Source: Folioceros fuciformis (taxonomy: Eukaryota). Taken from it: a stretch of DNA of 38,462 bases. The position numbers were made by a program, and so were the translations under genes. The notes beneath the pieces are model-generated. The model did no database searches. It saw nothing but the letters and a program-made list of their open reading frames with translations, and was not told where the DNA came from. The stretch covers positions 290,695 to 329,156 of the forward strand of contig JBNGIO010006304.1 of assembly GCA_049999805.1 (NCBI GenBank), given 5' to 3'. Positions 9,709 to 22,638 of the stretch are shown here, one piece after another (the first letter of the stretch is position 1; each line of letters opens with the position of its first letter).

Positions 9709-11988
9709 ATGGCGAGCGCGCGATCTGCGGTAGGAGCGTCTGGATTTCCTCAGGCTTCTCCTGCGCTAACGCTTGCGGCCAGGCGCAGAGCTGAGGAGGA
9801 GGAGAATGAAGTTGACAAGGCAGTTGTTTCCACCGGCTCGGTCGACGATGGATTGGGAGGGGAGAGCAGGGATGAGGGCTTCTTCAATCTCCAGTACCAG
9901 AGCGGCTTCGGGAACCATTTCGCCTCCGAGGCGCTCGTGGGCGCGCTGGTGGTGGGGCAGAACAGCCCGCTGGTCTGCCCCTACGGCTTGTACGCCGAGC
10001 AAATTTCTGGGACTGCCTTCACTGCCCCTCGGAAATTGAATCAGAGGACGTACGAGCTCTTCTTTCCTTGAAGTTTGTGCGTCAATTTGATGGAAGCGGG
10101 GTCTGGTGATGGCTAAATTTGTGGGGGGTATGTGTTTCGCTTCTTGTCGTGTGAAGGTGGCTGTATCGGATTCGGCCTTCGGTCACCCACGAGCCGTTTG
10201 CCCCTCGCCGGCCGGAGCACAAGTACTTGGTGGGCGATTTTAGCGGAGCTTCGGGATACGTGAATCCTACTCAGCTGCGCTGGAAGCCTGTTGATATTCC
10301 AGAGGCTCCCACAGACTTCATCGACGGATTGATTACCGTTTGCGGGGCTGGGAGTCCTGCTCTTCGGCATGGCTATGCTGTGCACCTGTAAGTGAACTGA
10401 TGGCGTTGTGCAGGAGGAATTGGAGGCTTTCTGGAGTTCTTGCTGTTTGACTTGACAATGTTCTGCTCAGGTATGTGGCGAACAAATCGATGGAGGACTC
10501 AGCCTTCGCAAATGCCGATGGTGACTTTCTCATAGTTCCACAACAAGGAAGTAAGGGCTGTGACTCTCTGTGGCAGGATTGTACGAAATGAAGGCTGAGG
10601 TTGTGAGCATGCGAGTCTTTGTCGTCTTCAGGGTAAGCGTAGTCTTAACATGCTTGTGTTGCCTTCAGGGTTGTGGATCACGACAGAAGTAGGGAAGCTG
10701 GAAGTCCTCCCCGGTGAGGTGTCTGTAATACAACAGGGTTTTCGGTTTGCTGTTGACTTGCCTGACGGACCCTCCCGAGGCTACATCGTGGATGTGTACA
10801 GTGGACACTTTCAGCTGCCAGATCTTGGTCCCATAGGTGAGACTCTTGTTTTTCCCAAATTTCTCTTTCATCGTAAATCTCCTAATGCCTCTGATGAGGA
10901 TAAGTTTGATTCTTGTGTCACAGGAGCTAATGGACTCGCTCAACCCCGGGACTTCTTGACCCCCGTAGCTTGGTATGAGGTGAAAACACGTCCAGGGTAT
11001 AAAGTGGTTCACAAGTTTGGAGGCCTTCTATTCCAAGCTCACCAGGATTTCTCCCCTTTCAATGTGGTTGCCTGGCATGGAAACTACGCTCCCTATAAGG
11101 TGATTCTTCCCTGGCATACCTGTTTGTCTTTATGTCCGATGCATTGATCTGGTTGATCGTTTGACCTTGAGCGGAAGCGTTCTTGTTTGGTCCTGTTCAG
11201 TATGACCTCCGCAAGTTCTGTCCCTACAGCACGGCCTTATTCGACCATTCAGATCCTTCCATTCACACAGGTAGCTAGGCAACCTTGTGTCGCTTCTTCG
11301 GCCATCTGAGCCATATTAACAATCCATCTCGCTGTCTTGTTCCAGTATTGACGGTGCCATCAGAGAGGCCAGGAGTGGCTGTGGTCGACTTCGTGGTTTT
11401 CCCTCCTCGTTGGTCTGTCGCGGAGCACACCTTTCGTCCACCGTACTTCCACCGCAACTGCATGAGCGAGTTCATGGGCCTCATCACAGGAAAGTACGAG
11501 GTAGTGCTGAGCCGCCTCTCCCCAAGGTCCTGCTATAACCCTAAACTCACTGGGTTCATGAGTCGCTTACTGCGTTGTTTCCCTGTGGGATTTGCACTGG
11601 CGATTGACCAGGGAAAGGCGGAAGGATTTCTTCCAGGAGGTGCTAGTCTCCACAATTGCATGACCCCGCATGGCGTAGATGCTGCAACATACGAGGTGGG
11701 CAGCCTCAGGGCATCTTCCAACTTTCTTTACTCACCGCTCGTCCTTCCTGTTCCCTGCTGAAACCGTAAACCTTCTCATGTCTCGGCTTTCCGCAGAACA
11801 CCATCTCAGGAGGCTTGGAGCCCACAAAAATTCAAGAGGACACTCTGGCCTTCATGTTCGAGTCATCCTTGGTTCCTCGAGTGACACCCTGGGCACTCAA
11901 CTCCCCGTCCCTCGATGTAGATTATTACAAGGGCTGGATTGGACTTCGGTCCCACTTTGATGCAAGCAGCAAGGAGTTTCACTCTTAA
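9709..11988 (+). CDS. HGO: Homogentisate 1,2-dioxygenase, 9 exons
   Basis: Exons 9709-10049, 10157-10387, 10471-10550, 10669-10836, 10924-11099, 11201-11270, 11346-11500, 11612-11695, 11797-11988; all introns GT-AG and in frame. Motifs [87 protein letters not shown]. Confidence 0.97.
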
Positions 11989-12798
11989 GACTGCCTCAAA
12001 TACGAAAGCTGCTCGTCACAGGTGCTGTAAATAGGTGCAAGAAACTCAAGCTATGTAGATCAGTGAGCTCCAGCTTCCCTTCTCAGGTCATACCCTGTTG
12101 TCGTAGGAACAATCCCACAGAATGTTCTGTTTCTATAACACTGCCAGTGACACAAATTGTTTGTCTCTCCACAACAGTGTTGTGGTGTTTCAGCATCCTG
12201 ACCATCAACTGTCGGCGGACAGTAGTAAGGGGTCATGGTTACGCACGAGACGCCTTCGATATCTGAGCCGTCAACGGTAACGGAGTACCGTCGCGGTTGC
12301 ATTAACGGTACGGATCGGGAAGAGCGTCTGCGTACAGGAGCGCTACCTCTTCGAAACGAAACGGAACTAAATTTGAAGAGGCAGTGAACAGGGAGCGGAA
12401 GGTGCGTTGTATATACTGTGAACGACTGTTTGGGCTCCCATCTCGGGCGGTCCCGGCCTGCGTATGGGACTCCACGGATAGCCCACTGCGCGCTGGAAAA
12501 GCGTCAGAAGCCATGGCCACCGGCGGCCGCGCCTCTTCCTGAACAAGCAACCTCCTGGTCAGTTGCCCGCTGTGTTGCAGCGTCTATTGTCAGTGTGTGC
12601 GGGGGCGCCTATTTGTTGCCGCCTTCTAGGACCGGATTATGTCGGCTGGAATGCTCTTTTGAGGTAGCTCACGCGCCCGGTGAAGGAAGGTGGTGAAGGT
12701 GTTGTTTTGCAAGGCGAGAGTGTGCTGCCGAGGCCATAGCGCGGGGGAGGACATTCGTGGCGGCGGCAGTTTCAGCGGCGGCTGCGGCGGTCTACGCC

Positions 12799-13761
12799 AT
12801 GGCTTCCGAGGCGGGCTCAGCCGCCGCCTCGCCGCTGCTGCCGCCGCCGGAGGCGTCCACCTCGCCGCCCAAGCTGGATGGCTTCTGGAGCAGCTTTGCC
12901 AAACGGGCCAAGGCGGTGCTGCTGGAAGATGGAATCCCGGGGCCGGCCTCGGAGCCTGCCAGCTCCCCGCAGCAGGGGAATCCGCGGAAAGAGTCTCCTC
13001 TGAAGCCGAAGCCGGAGCAAGGGACGGAGCCGGAGGAGGATGGAGAGGCGGCCAAGCCTAGGCCGGTGGAGACGGCAGTGTTGCAGAAGGGGCTAGACGC
13101 CATCGCCTCCTCCCTGGCTCTGCTCGGGGACACCATCGGGTCCGCTATTGAGGACGGGTTGAATCTGGCCAAGGCCGCGGAGTTCCGCACCACCGACCGG
13201 AAGGGGGCCACACGGAGCTCGGTGACGAGGAAGTCGCACGAGGTGATCGCGGCGTTGCAGCAACAGCGGCTTTCAACCATGGGGCTCACCGGGGGCGAGG
13301 CGGGGTTCAGCGCCGAGACGCAGCTGAAGGCGTCGCGGGATGTGGCTATGGCCATGGCGTCCAAAGCTAAGGTGCTGTTCCGGGAGCTCAAGACGGTGAA
13401 GGCAGACCTCACCTTCCTGCGGGAGCGCTGCTCGCAGCTGGAGGAGGAGAACAGGCGCCTGAGGGAGAGCGCAGTCACTGGGGTCAGGGCTGAGGAAGAT
13501 GACCTCGTCAGGCTGCAGCTGGAGACATTGCTGGCGGAGAAGGCTCGCCTCGCGCAGGAGAACGCCAACTACTGCCGGGAGAATCAGTTCCTCAGAGAAG
13601 TTGTGGAGTACCACCAGCTGTCTCTTCAGGATGATCTACCGCTGGTGGACGATAACGTGGTTGAGGATATTAGCGACGATGACCAACCCCATACTGGAGA
13701 TGAGTCCAACTTCATCACACCTCTTAAGGGAATCCCGCACCAGCTGGCTCCTGTTTCCTGA
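12799..13761 (+). CDS. Conserved uncharacterised plant coiled-coil protein (At2g30530/At5g01970-like), intronless
   Basis: Single ORF with first ATG at 12799. Family segments GFWSSFAKRAKAVL, QLKASRDVAMAMASKAKVL, DDLVRLQLETLLAEKARLAQEN..RENQFLREVVEYHQL. Confidence 0.88.
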   Translation: MASEAGSAAASPLLPPPEASTSPPKLDGFWSSFAKRAKAVLLEDGIPGPASEPASSPQQGNPRKESPLKPKPEQGTEPEEDGEAAKPRPVETAVLQKGLDAIASSLALLGDTIGSAIEDGLNLAKAAEFRTTDRKGATRSSVTRKSHEVIAALQQQRLSTMGLTGGEAGFSAETQLKASRDVAMAMASKAKVLFRELKTVKADLTFLRERCSQLEEENRRLRESAVTGVRAEEDDLVRLQLETLLAEKARLAQENANYCRENQFLREVVEYHQLSLQDDLPLVDDNVVEDISDDDQPHTGDESNFITPLKGIPHQLAPVS

Positions 13762-14869
13762 GCTCCGTGTCCTCCAAATGCTGTGCCTCATCTTATAGAG
13801 ATTGCTTAAGGACTACATTCTAATTATTTCGGGTGCTGTTCTGTAGACACAGCCATCATCCGAGCCATAGGGAGGCGTGACCGATGTCTGCCCTCTTGGT
13901 TCTTGGTCTCCGATCCGGAGAAGTAGAAATTGGGAGGCGTCATCTTATCCCCCGACACCGAGATCTAACCTGACCCTAGTACTCAAGTCTCTTTGGCTGG
14001 TTTTGTATATAATCAATCATCTTTGGAAAGTTGATCCTCTTCTGTGGGTACTGGCTAGTTCCTTCTAGACTAACGTAGACCAAGAGCCCCCTCTGTGACT
14101 ACCAAACTGAAGAGCGGAAAGGGTTTACCCAATCAGATTGTGGATGAAGCATTTCACCAAAGAGGTAGAGCAGCAAAGAGGTGCGCAGTATCCTTATGCA
14201 TCCAGGTATTTATTCTTGCTACGTGGCTGTCTGGCTATGATGTACAAGCATAATTGACATGGTTCCAGCCGTCTTAATGCAAGAAGACGAAGTCGTCAAG
14301 TGACTGAAAGGCATCGTTGTTTGTGGCTGTAACTGTTCAAGTCTCAACTGTCCACATTGGATGCTTCGTGGGTAAAGTTTGGTATCCGGCACGGTTCTTG
14401 GAGAACGAGTAGGCGTCCACTTCCAACTTCCCCCGCGTTCATGATGTTTGCCATTCGGTCAATATAGACCTCGGCCTTGGCCTCACTCTGGTGTCTCGGT
14501 TCCACCTATTTTGTCTTTCTTTCTCCTACACAGCTGATGCGAGATGCTCGCAGCCCACGACGAACGGACAAACGGGATCCCTAGCGAAACATCTTACGCA
14601 CAATGTCTTTAGAGGACGAATATACAGTACAAGCAGCAACATCTATTTCTTCCATACTAACGCACAGGTGCCTGCGGCGTTCAGCCGTTCTGGAAGCAAA
14701 ACGCTGGAAACTGCTATACCAGCGAGGAGACGGTGGAGCATTGAGCTACACGTTCTAAGGTCCTAAGAGTGCAAACACATCGAGCCCGCGTGTGACAACA
14801 CCGCCACAGCAAACGTCGCCTCATAGCACGCACAGACTCAGCCACCTAACCTGAACCACAACTCCACAT

Positions 14870-15424
14870 TCAACTCTCGCTAGCGTGTCCCTCTGTAGCA
14901 GCGATAGGTTCGATCGGGACATCGTCTCTCTTGCCGGTTGCACCTGGCTCCACAATCTGACCTACTTTCATGTACTTACTCTGGAACTTCAACTCCCAGT
15001 CACTCAAAGCATCCAATTCGTAAGCTGATAGCCCCTCGATATTGGCGGTGAGGTCCACCTCATCGAACGACATCTTGGCCAGAGCTCGACTGGCATCCCT
15101 CCCTGCGAACGAGGAGTAAGGTCCTCCGGGACCGTAGAAGGCACTGGAGTAAGACACATCGTAGATTTGTCCCTTGATGGCCATGAGGAGAGGCTTGTTG
15201 GGATCAGTCCCGTTGTACGAGAGAAGCTCCTCAGCTGTGATGTCCCCAAGCTGGACGGGAGGAGGAGGCGGTTTGACGCGCACATATTCCGGAGAAGGTG
15301 GCGCCAAAATTCCCTTCAACAGGTAACCAAGAGCGAACAGCAGCGCTAGAATGGTGAAAAACGTCACCTGAGACAACCCGGTGTACTCCAGTATGGCAGC
15401 ATAAAGATCCGTCAACACCCCCAT
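14870..15424 (-). CDS. MSBP: Membrane steroid-binding protein (MAPR family, cytochrome b5-like heme/steroid-binding domain), intronless
   Basis: ATG at 15424 (MGVLTDL). N-terminal TM helix, Pro-rich linker, LLMAIKGQIYDVS, FYGPGGPYSSFAGRDASRALAKMSF. Confidence 0.93.
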   Translation of the reverse strand: MGVLTDLYAAILEYTGLSQVTFFTILALLFALGYLLKGILAPPSPEYVRVKPPPPPVQLGDITAEELLSYNGTDPNKPLLMAIKGQIYDVSYSSAFYGPGGPYSSFAGRDASRALAKMSFDEVDLTANIEGLSAYELDALSDWELKFQSKYMKVGQIVEPGATGKRDDVPIEPIAATEGHASES

Positions 15425-15905
15425 GGAGCTGCTCTTCGATTCGCACAAACCCGACGGCCGGCTTCTCAAGCAGTCCAACCCGGAACCGGAGGCTCGCAGC
15501 TGAAGGGAAGAGAAGGGAAGAGGCGGAAGCCGCGCAAAGACAGACCCCGGGCGAGAAGCCCTAAAACGTGGGGTAAGCCTTTATTCCAGGAGGAGGAATC
15601 CACGATGCCATGCCAAAACGGGCCAGGCATGGCCTGAACCCTAGGCAAGGAGTGATTTTCGGCTATGTGAAGGATGAGCAGCAATGGCATGGTCCATGGG
15701 GGTAGACGAGGGCAGGCTGTTTGGTTGTTGGTGTCTGTCTGCAGAGCTTCGGCCTTGAGGGTCGGTGGGATGTGAGATGTAACGCGCCCCTTCCTTCTTC
15801 TGGTGAGGGGAGGTGGTCAGGAAACCGAGTGGAAAGTGTGAGGCACTACATAGATATGTGCGGAGTAGTTGAGCGGTCCCAGTCCGACTCCTGCCTGGTT
15901 GTGAG

Positions 15906-17374
15906 ATGTTGAACAAGCGTGGGCTAGACAGATTCAAGAAAGCTCAAGCTGCGGAGCCGTTTTCCGTTAATGCGGGCACACCTCAGTCCCAGGTGAGCTT
16001 GCAGAGTCCGTCTCTCAAGACTGGACCGCAGCAGCAGTCACAGCAGGGATTCGCAGTGCCGAAGGTTGCAGCCCCAGCGCCCTCCGCGTGCGCTGCTGGC
16101 GGGGGTGCGTCGTCTTGGCAGGCTCCCGAGTGGGCTGTCGAGCCAAAGCCAGGTTCCTTTTGGCTGGACGTTGTCAAGGATGGATCTGTGCTCGACAAGA
16201 TTCCCATGGAGAAGCGGCGGACGATCTTTGGACGTCAGGCTTTGATGTGCGACTACATTTTGGACCATCCGTCTGTGTCAAGGCAACATGCTGCCGTGGT
16301 GCAGCATAAGACTGGCAGGTTGGCCTGTGTATGCAGGAGTTTTTACATTTCGTGAGTGGGATGGATTGGTTCCCAGTGACTCCTGCTGTCGCATCTTTGC
16401 CTCTACGTTCAGAGGTTGATATAACACTTCGTATCATGTGAAGTGGTTCTTGTGATGACCGAGGTTGTGAATTGTGATTGTTGACCTCACACTTGTTATG
16501 CTGAGTTGGTGGGCTTTTTGGTTGATGCAACAGCATTTATGTCATCGACCTTGGCTCTGTACATGGTACCTTCGTCGCCAACGAGCGTCTTACAAAGGAT
16601 CTTCCCGTGGAATTGGAAGCCGGACAGTCATTACGTTTTGCTGCTTCGACTAGGAGCTATGTTTTGAGAAAGTCTAGCGCACCTGTTCAAAAAGATGAAC
16701 TGCCTCCTGGTTGCACACAGGATAAGGATGCTGTTGATGTGGAAACAGACTCTCCTCGGCTTAAGCGGGTGCGGACAGGGAAGCGGGTTACCTTTAGGGA
16801 CGATTATGGTGGACTTCTTGTGGACGTCGTAGGTATATCAGATGGTGCTGATGTCTGCGCTGGACCTGGTCCTATTGGGGTGAAAGAAGGAAGTCTCGTG
16901 GGCAAGTATGAATCGCTAGTGCAGGTAACGGTGATTCCCAAAAGCCAGCAAGAGAAAGATAAGCAAAACCCGCCAATCAGCTCCACGAGTAGCCAGAACT
17001 CACTTCATGGGGTGACACAAAGTCTGAAACAATATCTGGACAAGGTCAAGTCGCCAGTCAAAGGTGGTCTGTATGGTGATCTTGAAGGAGAGTCATTGGC
17101 AGAGATTAAGGAAGGATCTTGGGCAGAGACGAACAGGCACGATGTGGACTCTGCTCCCTCGACAAGTGAGCACGGTCATGTCTGCAAAGACACTGACTTC
17201 TTGAAGACTGCCGATGGTACCTCTACCATTCCTGATGATGCCCAGGGCAGCGGTGGCTCTTCTTCAAGGGCACCCGGCATAAGGTCCCACATGGATAAGG
17301 ACGAGGAGGACTTGTTCACTGAGGCCAGGACTTCGAACGTCCAGAGGATGGCAGACGGCTTGTCAGGGACCTGA
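15906..17374 (+). CDS. FHA-domain protein, NIPP1-like (At5g47790-like), 2 exons
   Basis: Exons 15906-16318 and 16534-17374 join as KTGS-IYVIDLGSVHGTFVANERL. FHA motifs FGRQ, DHPSVSRQHAA, LRFAASTRSY; PP1-docking RVxF motif KRVTF. Confidence 0.92.
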
Positions 17375-18150
17375 TGAGGAGTGTGCAAGCGGGCTGTGGT
17401 TCAGACTTCAAGTTGATGTTCCAGACTAGCAAAGTTGTTGCAGGTGCAGAAACCTAACTCGGATTTACCATCTTTGACTTCGGATTTCCTCTCTCGGGTT
17501 GTAGTTCGTAGATTGCTCTTTTGACTTGCCACCGGTTCCTGTTTATCTAACATTATATGCGAATGAACATCATGCGCAGGGACATTGGAAGACTGCCAGC
17601 AAGAGCACAAAAAGCTAGGTCATTTTTCGTCATACGGGCTTGGTTTAGGCCTTGGCCAATTCAATCAACCTGTATAAGATGCCCAGGACATGCTTCTTAG
17701 TTAGTCCTGAACCGTTCTAAACTTTCGTCATTAAGGAAGCCTGTAGCCGCAGGTCGCCGTCGCAAGGATAACGAGCTGGTCAAGTGCAGAAAGAAACAGT
17801 AAATGGAATTCAATGACGAAAAATATGTTCCCAACAAAAAGCTATCACGGAAGAAACGATGGGAAGAACTATCCATTCCAAAATAGGGTGAAGAACAGGC
17901 GCACATGGGGCTTAACTCTGCCGCTTGTTTGGAGGGCACCATACCATGGGGATAATTGTTGGTTATCTTGTAGGGTAGGAAGTCGCAGCAAGATACCCGA
18001 CACCAAGGTCGGGGTTTAGGGAGAGGGAAAGGCCTACCTAGCATATTAAAGTTAGGGAAAGAAAACATTTTCAAGGAAAAAGAAAAGACCTTCAGGGTGA
18101 GGGAAAGAAGGAAAAGAGAGGGAAAGAAGGAAAAGACCTATCGCCGAAAA

Positions 18151-18294
18151 GATCTCGGCGAGAGGGAAAGAAGGCAAGATATTTAGGAAAAGGAAAATGA
18201 TCTTGGCAAGAGAGAAAGAAGGCAAGATATTTAGGAAAAGGAAAATGATCTCAACGAGAGGGAAAGAAGGCAAGATATTTAGGAAAAGGAAAAT
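18151..18294. repeat. Purine-rich tandem repeat, 48 bp x3
   Basis: gatctcggcgagagggaaagaaggcaagatatttaggaaaaggaaaat starting at 18151, 18199 and 18247. Confidence 0.92.
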
Positions 18295-18331
18295 GTCTAC
18301 TTACCACTACCTACGACGCTAAGGATATCAA

Positions 18332-18515
18332 AGTTGGGAATAAAGAAAGCCCTTCTTACCAATTGGTGTCGAAGATGGTGCTAGTTGGGAATAAAGAAAG
18401 GCCTACTTACCAATTGGTGTCAAAGATGGTGCTTACTTTGTGCTTGTAGTTGGATGGTGCTTACTTTGTGCTTACTTTGTGCTTGTAGTTGGCTGGTGCT
18501 TACTTTGTGCTTGTC
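18332..18515. repeat. 51 bp x2 duplication followed by gtgcttacttt-type short repeats
   Basis: agttgggaataaagaaag...gatggtgct at 18332 and 18383, then repeated tggtgcttactttgtgcttgt. Confidence 0.85.
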
Positions 18516-18839
18516 GTTGTCCTATGTATTGCCAATGCCTACTTGAAGGTGATGGTCAATTGTTACCTGTAGAAAAGTCACAATGAAAGAGGAACAACAA
18601 TCTCCTTGTTGTAGAATGTGATATGGACACTACAATAATGTCTCTCTCATGGAAGACAACTAACACCCATTTCCTCTAGAAGGTCACAATGCATGAACGA
18701 GAGTGCACAATTGGCTCCTTCATATTACTCTGATTAGAGAAAGGCACTATGCATGAAAGAAAGACCTCAACTTTAGTCCTAGGGAATTTGCACGTTACCC
18801 AGCGTTCCTTTTGTAGATTTAAACTAACCCTAATCACAA

Positions 18840-18949
18840 TGGAGTCTATACTTGTTGCTTAAAGAGCTAATAAGGCATTCCGATAGGTAGTTGGTGGAGT
18901 CTGTACTTGTTGCTTAAAGATCTACATAGGCATTCCAATAGGTAGTTGG
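18840..18949. repeat. Tandem duplication, 55 bp x2
   Basis: tggagtct(a/g)tacttgttgcttaaaga...ataggtagttgg at 18840 and 18895. Confidence 0.85.
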
Positions 18950-19835
18950 CTATTGTATTTAATAACCCAAACATGGTGCACTCATGTTCTTCATCAATAA
19001 GAGGCCTCCCAAATTGCTATTAAGCCACAATAATTGGGAATGAGCTTTGTAAGCAATTGGCCTTTCCAAATTTCCTACATCTTGTCGGGAAATCTACATG
19101 GTCAAAAAATTGAACCACATTCTTATCAAGCTCTATGAAAACAGAGATTGAATACACAAGCGATGAACTTAAGTACATATTTGAGTTTCACGTCAAAACA
19201 AGCTACAGCTCCTAACCCCAACTGTTTGATGCCAACACATTTGAATATACTTCATCTCCCACAACAACCATGTCTTAAGCAAACTCATACATATCCAGAG
19301 TTAACCTAGCAATTCTGTCTGTACAACCTACTTTTTGAACAATTTGTTTTTTCTTTAGGTGTTTATATTGTCCAAGTTGGATGGTATGAACATGGGCACT
19401 TGTGAACATGTGTCCCCATACAAAAGCTTCTCAGGGATTGGAACCTTCAAGGTTCCAATCTCATAAGAAGCTTCTCCTTCAAGTTGGGACAATAGGATAC
19501 TATTTACCAAAGCTTCTCTAAGACAATGGAAGTCTAGCTTCACCTAAAAACTACGATTTTTTTCTATTTGTAGGTAAACTGGTAGGGATCATGTAACCTG
19601 GATCTTTCACATAATATGTCATATCCTAAGCGCAAGTAGAGGGCTTGAAAGTTCTCCCCATACCATGATTGAGGTTTGTTCAAAATGTGTAACCTTCACT
19701 CTAGCGGGGGCTCTTGTACGCTTGCAAGTGCACACTAGTTGGCCCCAAGTACGCACTTGCTCATCTCAGCTAGCTCCCAGCATGAACTTGCGTGCAATAG
19801 CTGGTTTCAACACGCAGTTGTGTGTTAGGAGCCCA

Positions 19836-19964
19836 CACTTGGGCAAACTAGTAGATTAGTGGCTGAACTTGCGTATGCTTAAGGGTTCTTAGTGCACTTG
19901 GGCAAGCCAGGGGATTAGTGGCCTGCACTTGTGTATCCCTAAGGGCTCTTAGTGCACTGGGGCA
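19836..19964. repeat. Diverged tandem repeat, ~60 bp x2.2
   Basis: cacttgggcaa...taaggg(t/c)tcttagtg starting at 19836, 19895 and 19955. Confidence 0.75.
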
Positions 19965-20944
19965 TGCTTGAGGGTTGGTCCAAAGCCTCCGAAAAAGTGA
20001 ATGAGAAAATAAGGTGGTTAATTTGTAGGACTAGAATTATTGGTCTTTCAATGCCAGGAAGTAAAGACAATAATGTCCTTCACACCATTTGTGCATTTAT
20101 AAAAAACCTTCAAAACGATTTTGGAAAATAGAAAGGGAACACTTACATGAATGATGTGTAGAACTAAACAACAATATGTACTTTTAGCTAACACCCATTA
20201 AAAGTGGTTGAGATCAACAACAGACATTAAACAACAGCATGTATCTTAAGGTAATAACCATAAAAAGTGGTTGAGAAAAGCACAATAGCCGTTTAGAGCT
20301 AACTGCTTAAACACGAGAACTTCATAAACACGCTTGCCTTGTGAAGATTTGTACATAGTAGGTAGGTTTACCAACAAAAATGATGAATTCTAAGTTTGTG
20401 GAGATTTGTAACATGGTAGGGAAGTTGATGCCAATCGTTTGAGGCCTGATACGATTTATAAACAACTGACGAGAATCCAAACTCACGGCTGGGCAGAGCA
20501 GGTGTTCCGGATTAGATTTCGTAGCCATCCCACAAATTGAAATGATTTTCATGTTTCAGTCGTACGCATTGCATTTTCTTGCGGACCAAATTCTTAAGCA
20601 AGTTACAACAGAGCTATATCGGATCGGCAATCAAAACGCTCCATGTGATGACCAGAGATCAAAAGGCTCCATTTGAAGGAGCTTGGTCGTTCTAGGGTAA
20701 AGCTAAATCGTTCGGGTACCTAAGCAAATTTTGGTTCTAGGCTCGAGTTCATTGATTAGATGTGCTATACAATTTCTAGACAACACCTTAACACCTTCCA
20801 GTAAGGCAACCTCAAAACGAATTAAACTGGCAGACCTACGGCAGCCCACATTCTGTAAGACAGTAACTCTACTCCGCGTGAAAAGCATGTCAGGCATCCG
20901 ATACATGACTTCCTTTGCTTTTTTTCCCCGGAGGTGACAACAAC

Positions 20945-22638
20945 TCACTTCCTGCCGCTGGTAACCACCCGTGCTTTCGCTTTGACTTCAATTTCCTGAG
21001 TTGGGTGGAGAAAGATGTGGTTTGTCGCAGTTGCAGGGTTGTGATTTTCAGCACCCTTACTCCAATCGTAGCTTACTGCATATGCAAAAATAGTGCCGTC
21101 GCTATTGAAACAGCTGGCTGGTATTGGTTGAGGGCATCGTGCCAGGGCCTGCTTACATCTCACAGGCTTAGAAGACGTTATCGCAGGAGGCCAAAGCAAG
21201 TTGCCAGTGGAAAAGATACTGTGCCTACCTTGAGTCTCTGTTTGCTGTCCTTGTCCCAGAAGTTATAACCACCGTCAGAGCCTGAAGTGGCAAAAGTGCC
21301 ATGGACCTACAAGAGACCACATGAGAATAAGCACTGGGATGCCAAGACGCAGTATGGGGGACAATGAGGACAGCCATGACAGGTACTCACAGGGTGGAAG
21401 TTCATTGCATTCACGGCATAAATGTCATTGTTGTCTCTGTGACACTTGAAGGTAAAGTTCTTGCTCTGCTGTGCCTCATCAATATGGTTCACAGCCACTC
21501 GCCCTTCGATTGAACCCACTAGAAACCCCTGCTTGTCAGGAAAGGTGGCAACACACCTTGTCTGAAACTTCAGGGGAGATTGCAGCCTCTTGTATTCTGT
21601 CTGCACACAACATCAAGAGCAACTTATGATGCTGCGATAGACTGCATGCTACAAGGCTGGCAACCAAAAAATAGAAACGACAGTCAGGACTGCGGTAGAT
21701 TTCTCACCTGAGGAGAAGCGAGATTGTATACAACTATATTTCGATCAGCACAAGCAACCACCATCAGAGGATGCCTTACGCTCATGGAGTAGCATCTCTC
21801 CGGCAGTGTCTGTGTATGAGCGGGAGTTTGTGAACGAAGGTCCCAATACCTGGCCAGACGTAGAAAGTTAAGAAAGAAGCGAAAGACTAAGTTGTAAAAT
21901 TGCCGAAGTCCAAATAACACACAATGCGGCATCGAGCAACACACTTGACAGTCTTGTCCCAGCTCCCAGTGACCAATAAATTCATCTCTGGAATCCACGA
22001 CAGCTCCTTGATGGGTGCGTCGTGCATGCCAACGGTAACTGCAGGGCCACCTGTGACTAACGGCCACATTTTCGCCTGCTTGTCACAGCCTCCCGAGAAT
22101 ACATGCATACCATCGTCCTTCCAACCTGAGCAAAGAACCTGCACACCACACGTACAGATTCATTTCAATGACTCAAAACCATCTGAGTCCTACTACCTCA
22201 CTTCAGTTCCGAGCAACTCACTGGCTGGTCGTGACTTGTGGCGGCTTTCGGCACGCTTGTTCCATTCTGCTGGATCTCCCAACATCGCACCTGCAAACTT
22301 CATTCCACAAAACTCAGCTCCTCTCCACCATCAAGATCAAGAAGAGCTCACCAGCAGGCACAGAAGGCTACCCCATACCTGATTATCCCACGAAGTAGCC
22401 ACAAGATGGTTTGCTTTGGGGCTGAAACATAAGCTGGAAATTCCGTCAGTGGGTGGTTGTACAACCTGCCCGGGCCATCACACGACAATCCAGGATCACC
22501 TACTGGCAGTTCCAAAAGGGTGAGTGAGTGAGCACATCGAAGAAGCAGCCTGACGCGTACCTCAAAGGACTTGTTTGGGTTGTGCGGTGAGGCAGCCGCG
22601 GACGCGCCGCCCATGGAGATACTGCCGAAGCTGGACAT
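20945..22638 (-). CDS. RAE1: mRNA export factor RAE1 (WD40), 8 exons
   Basis: Exons 22638-22561, 22465-22379, 22290-22222, 22138-21945, 21849-21708, 21600-21391, 21306-21229, 21148-20945; all GT-AG. Motifs [52 protein letters not shown]. Confidence 0.96.

Noticed and set aside
12792..13568. 258-aa antisense ORF opposite the coiled-coil gene
   Set aside because: Shadow frame of a GC-rich CDS with no recognisable motifs.
14236..14310. Possible C/D-box snoRNA (ATGATG...CTGA)
   Set aside because: Imperfect C box, no convincing terminal stem and no rRNA-complementary guide recognised.
15425..15478. N-terminal extension of MSBP in the ORF track
   Set aside because: Non-ATG start; the first ATG is at 15424.
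17600..20000. Protein-coding gene between the FHA gene and RAE1
   Set aside because: Only short stop-riddled frames and tandem duplications are present; probably TE debris that I could not classify.
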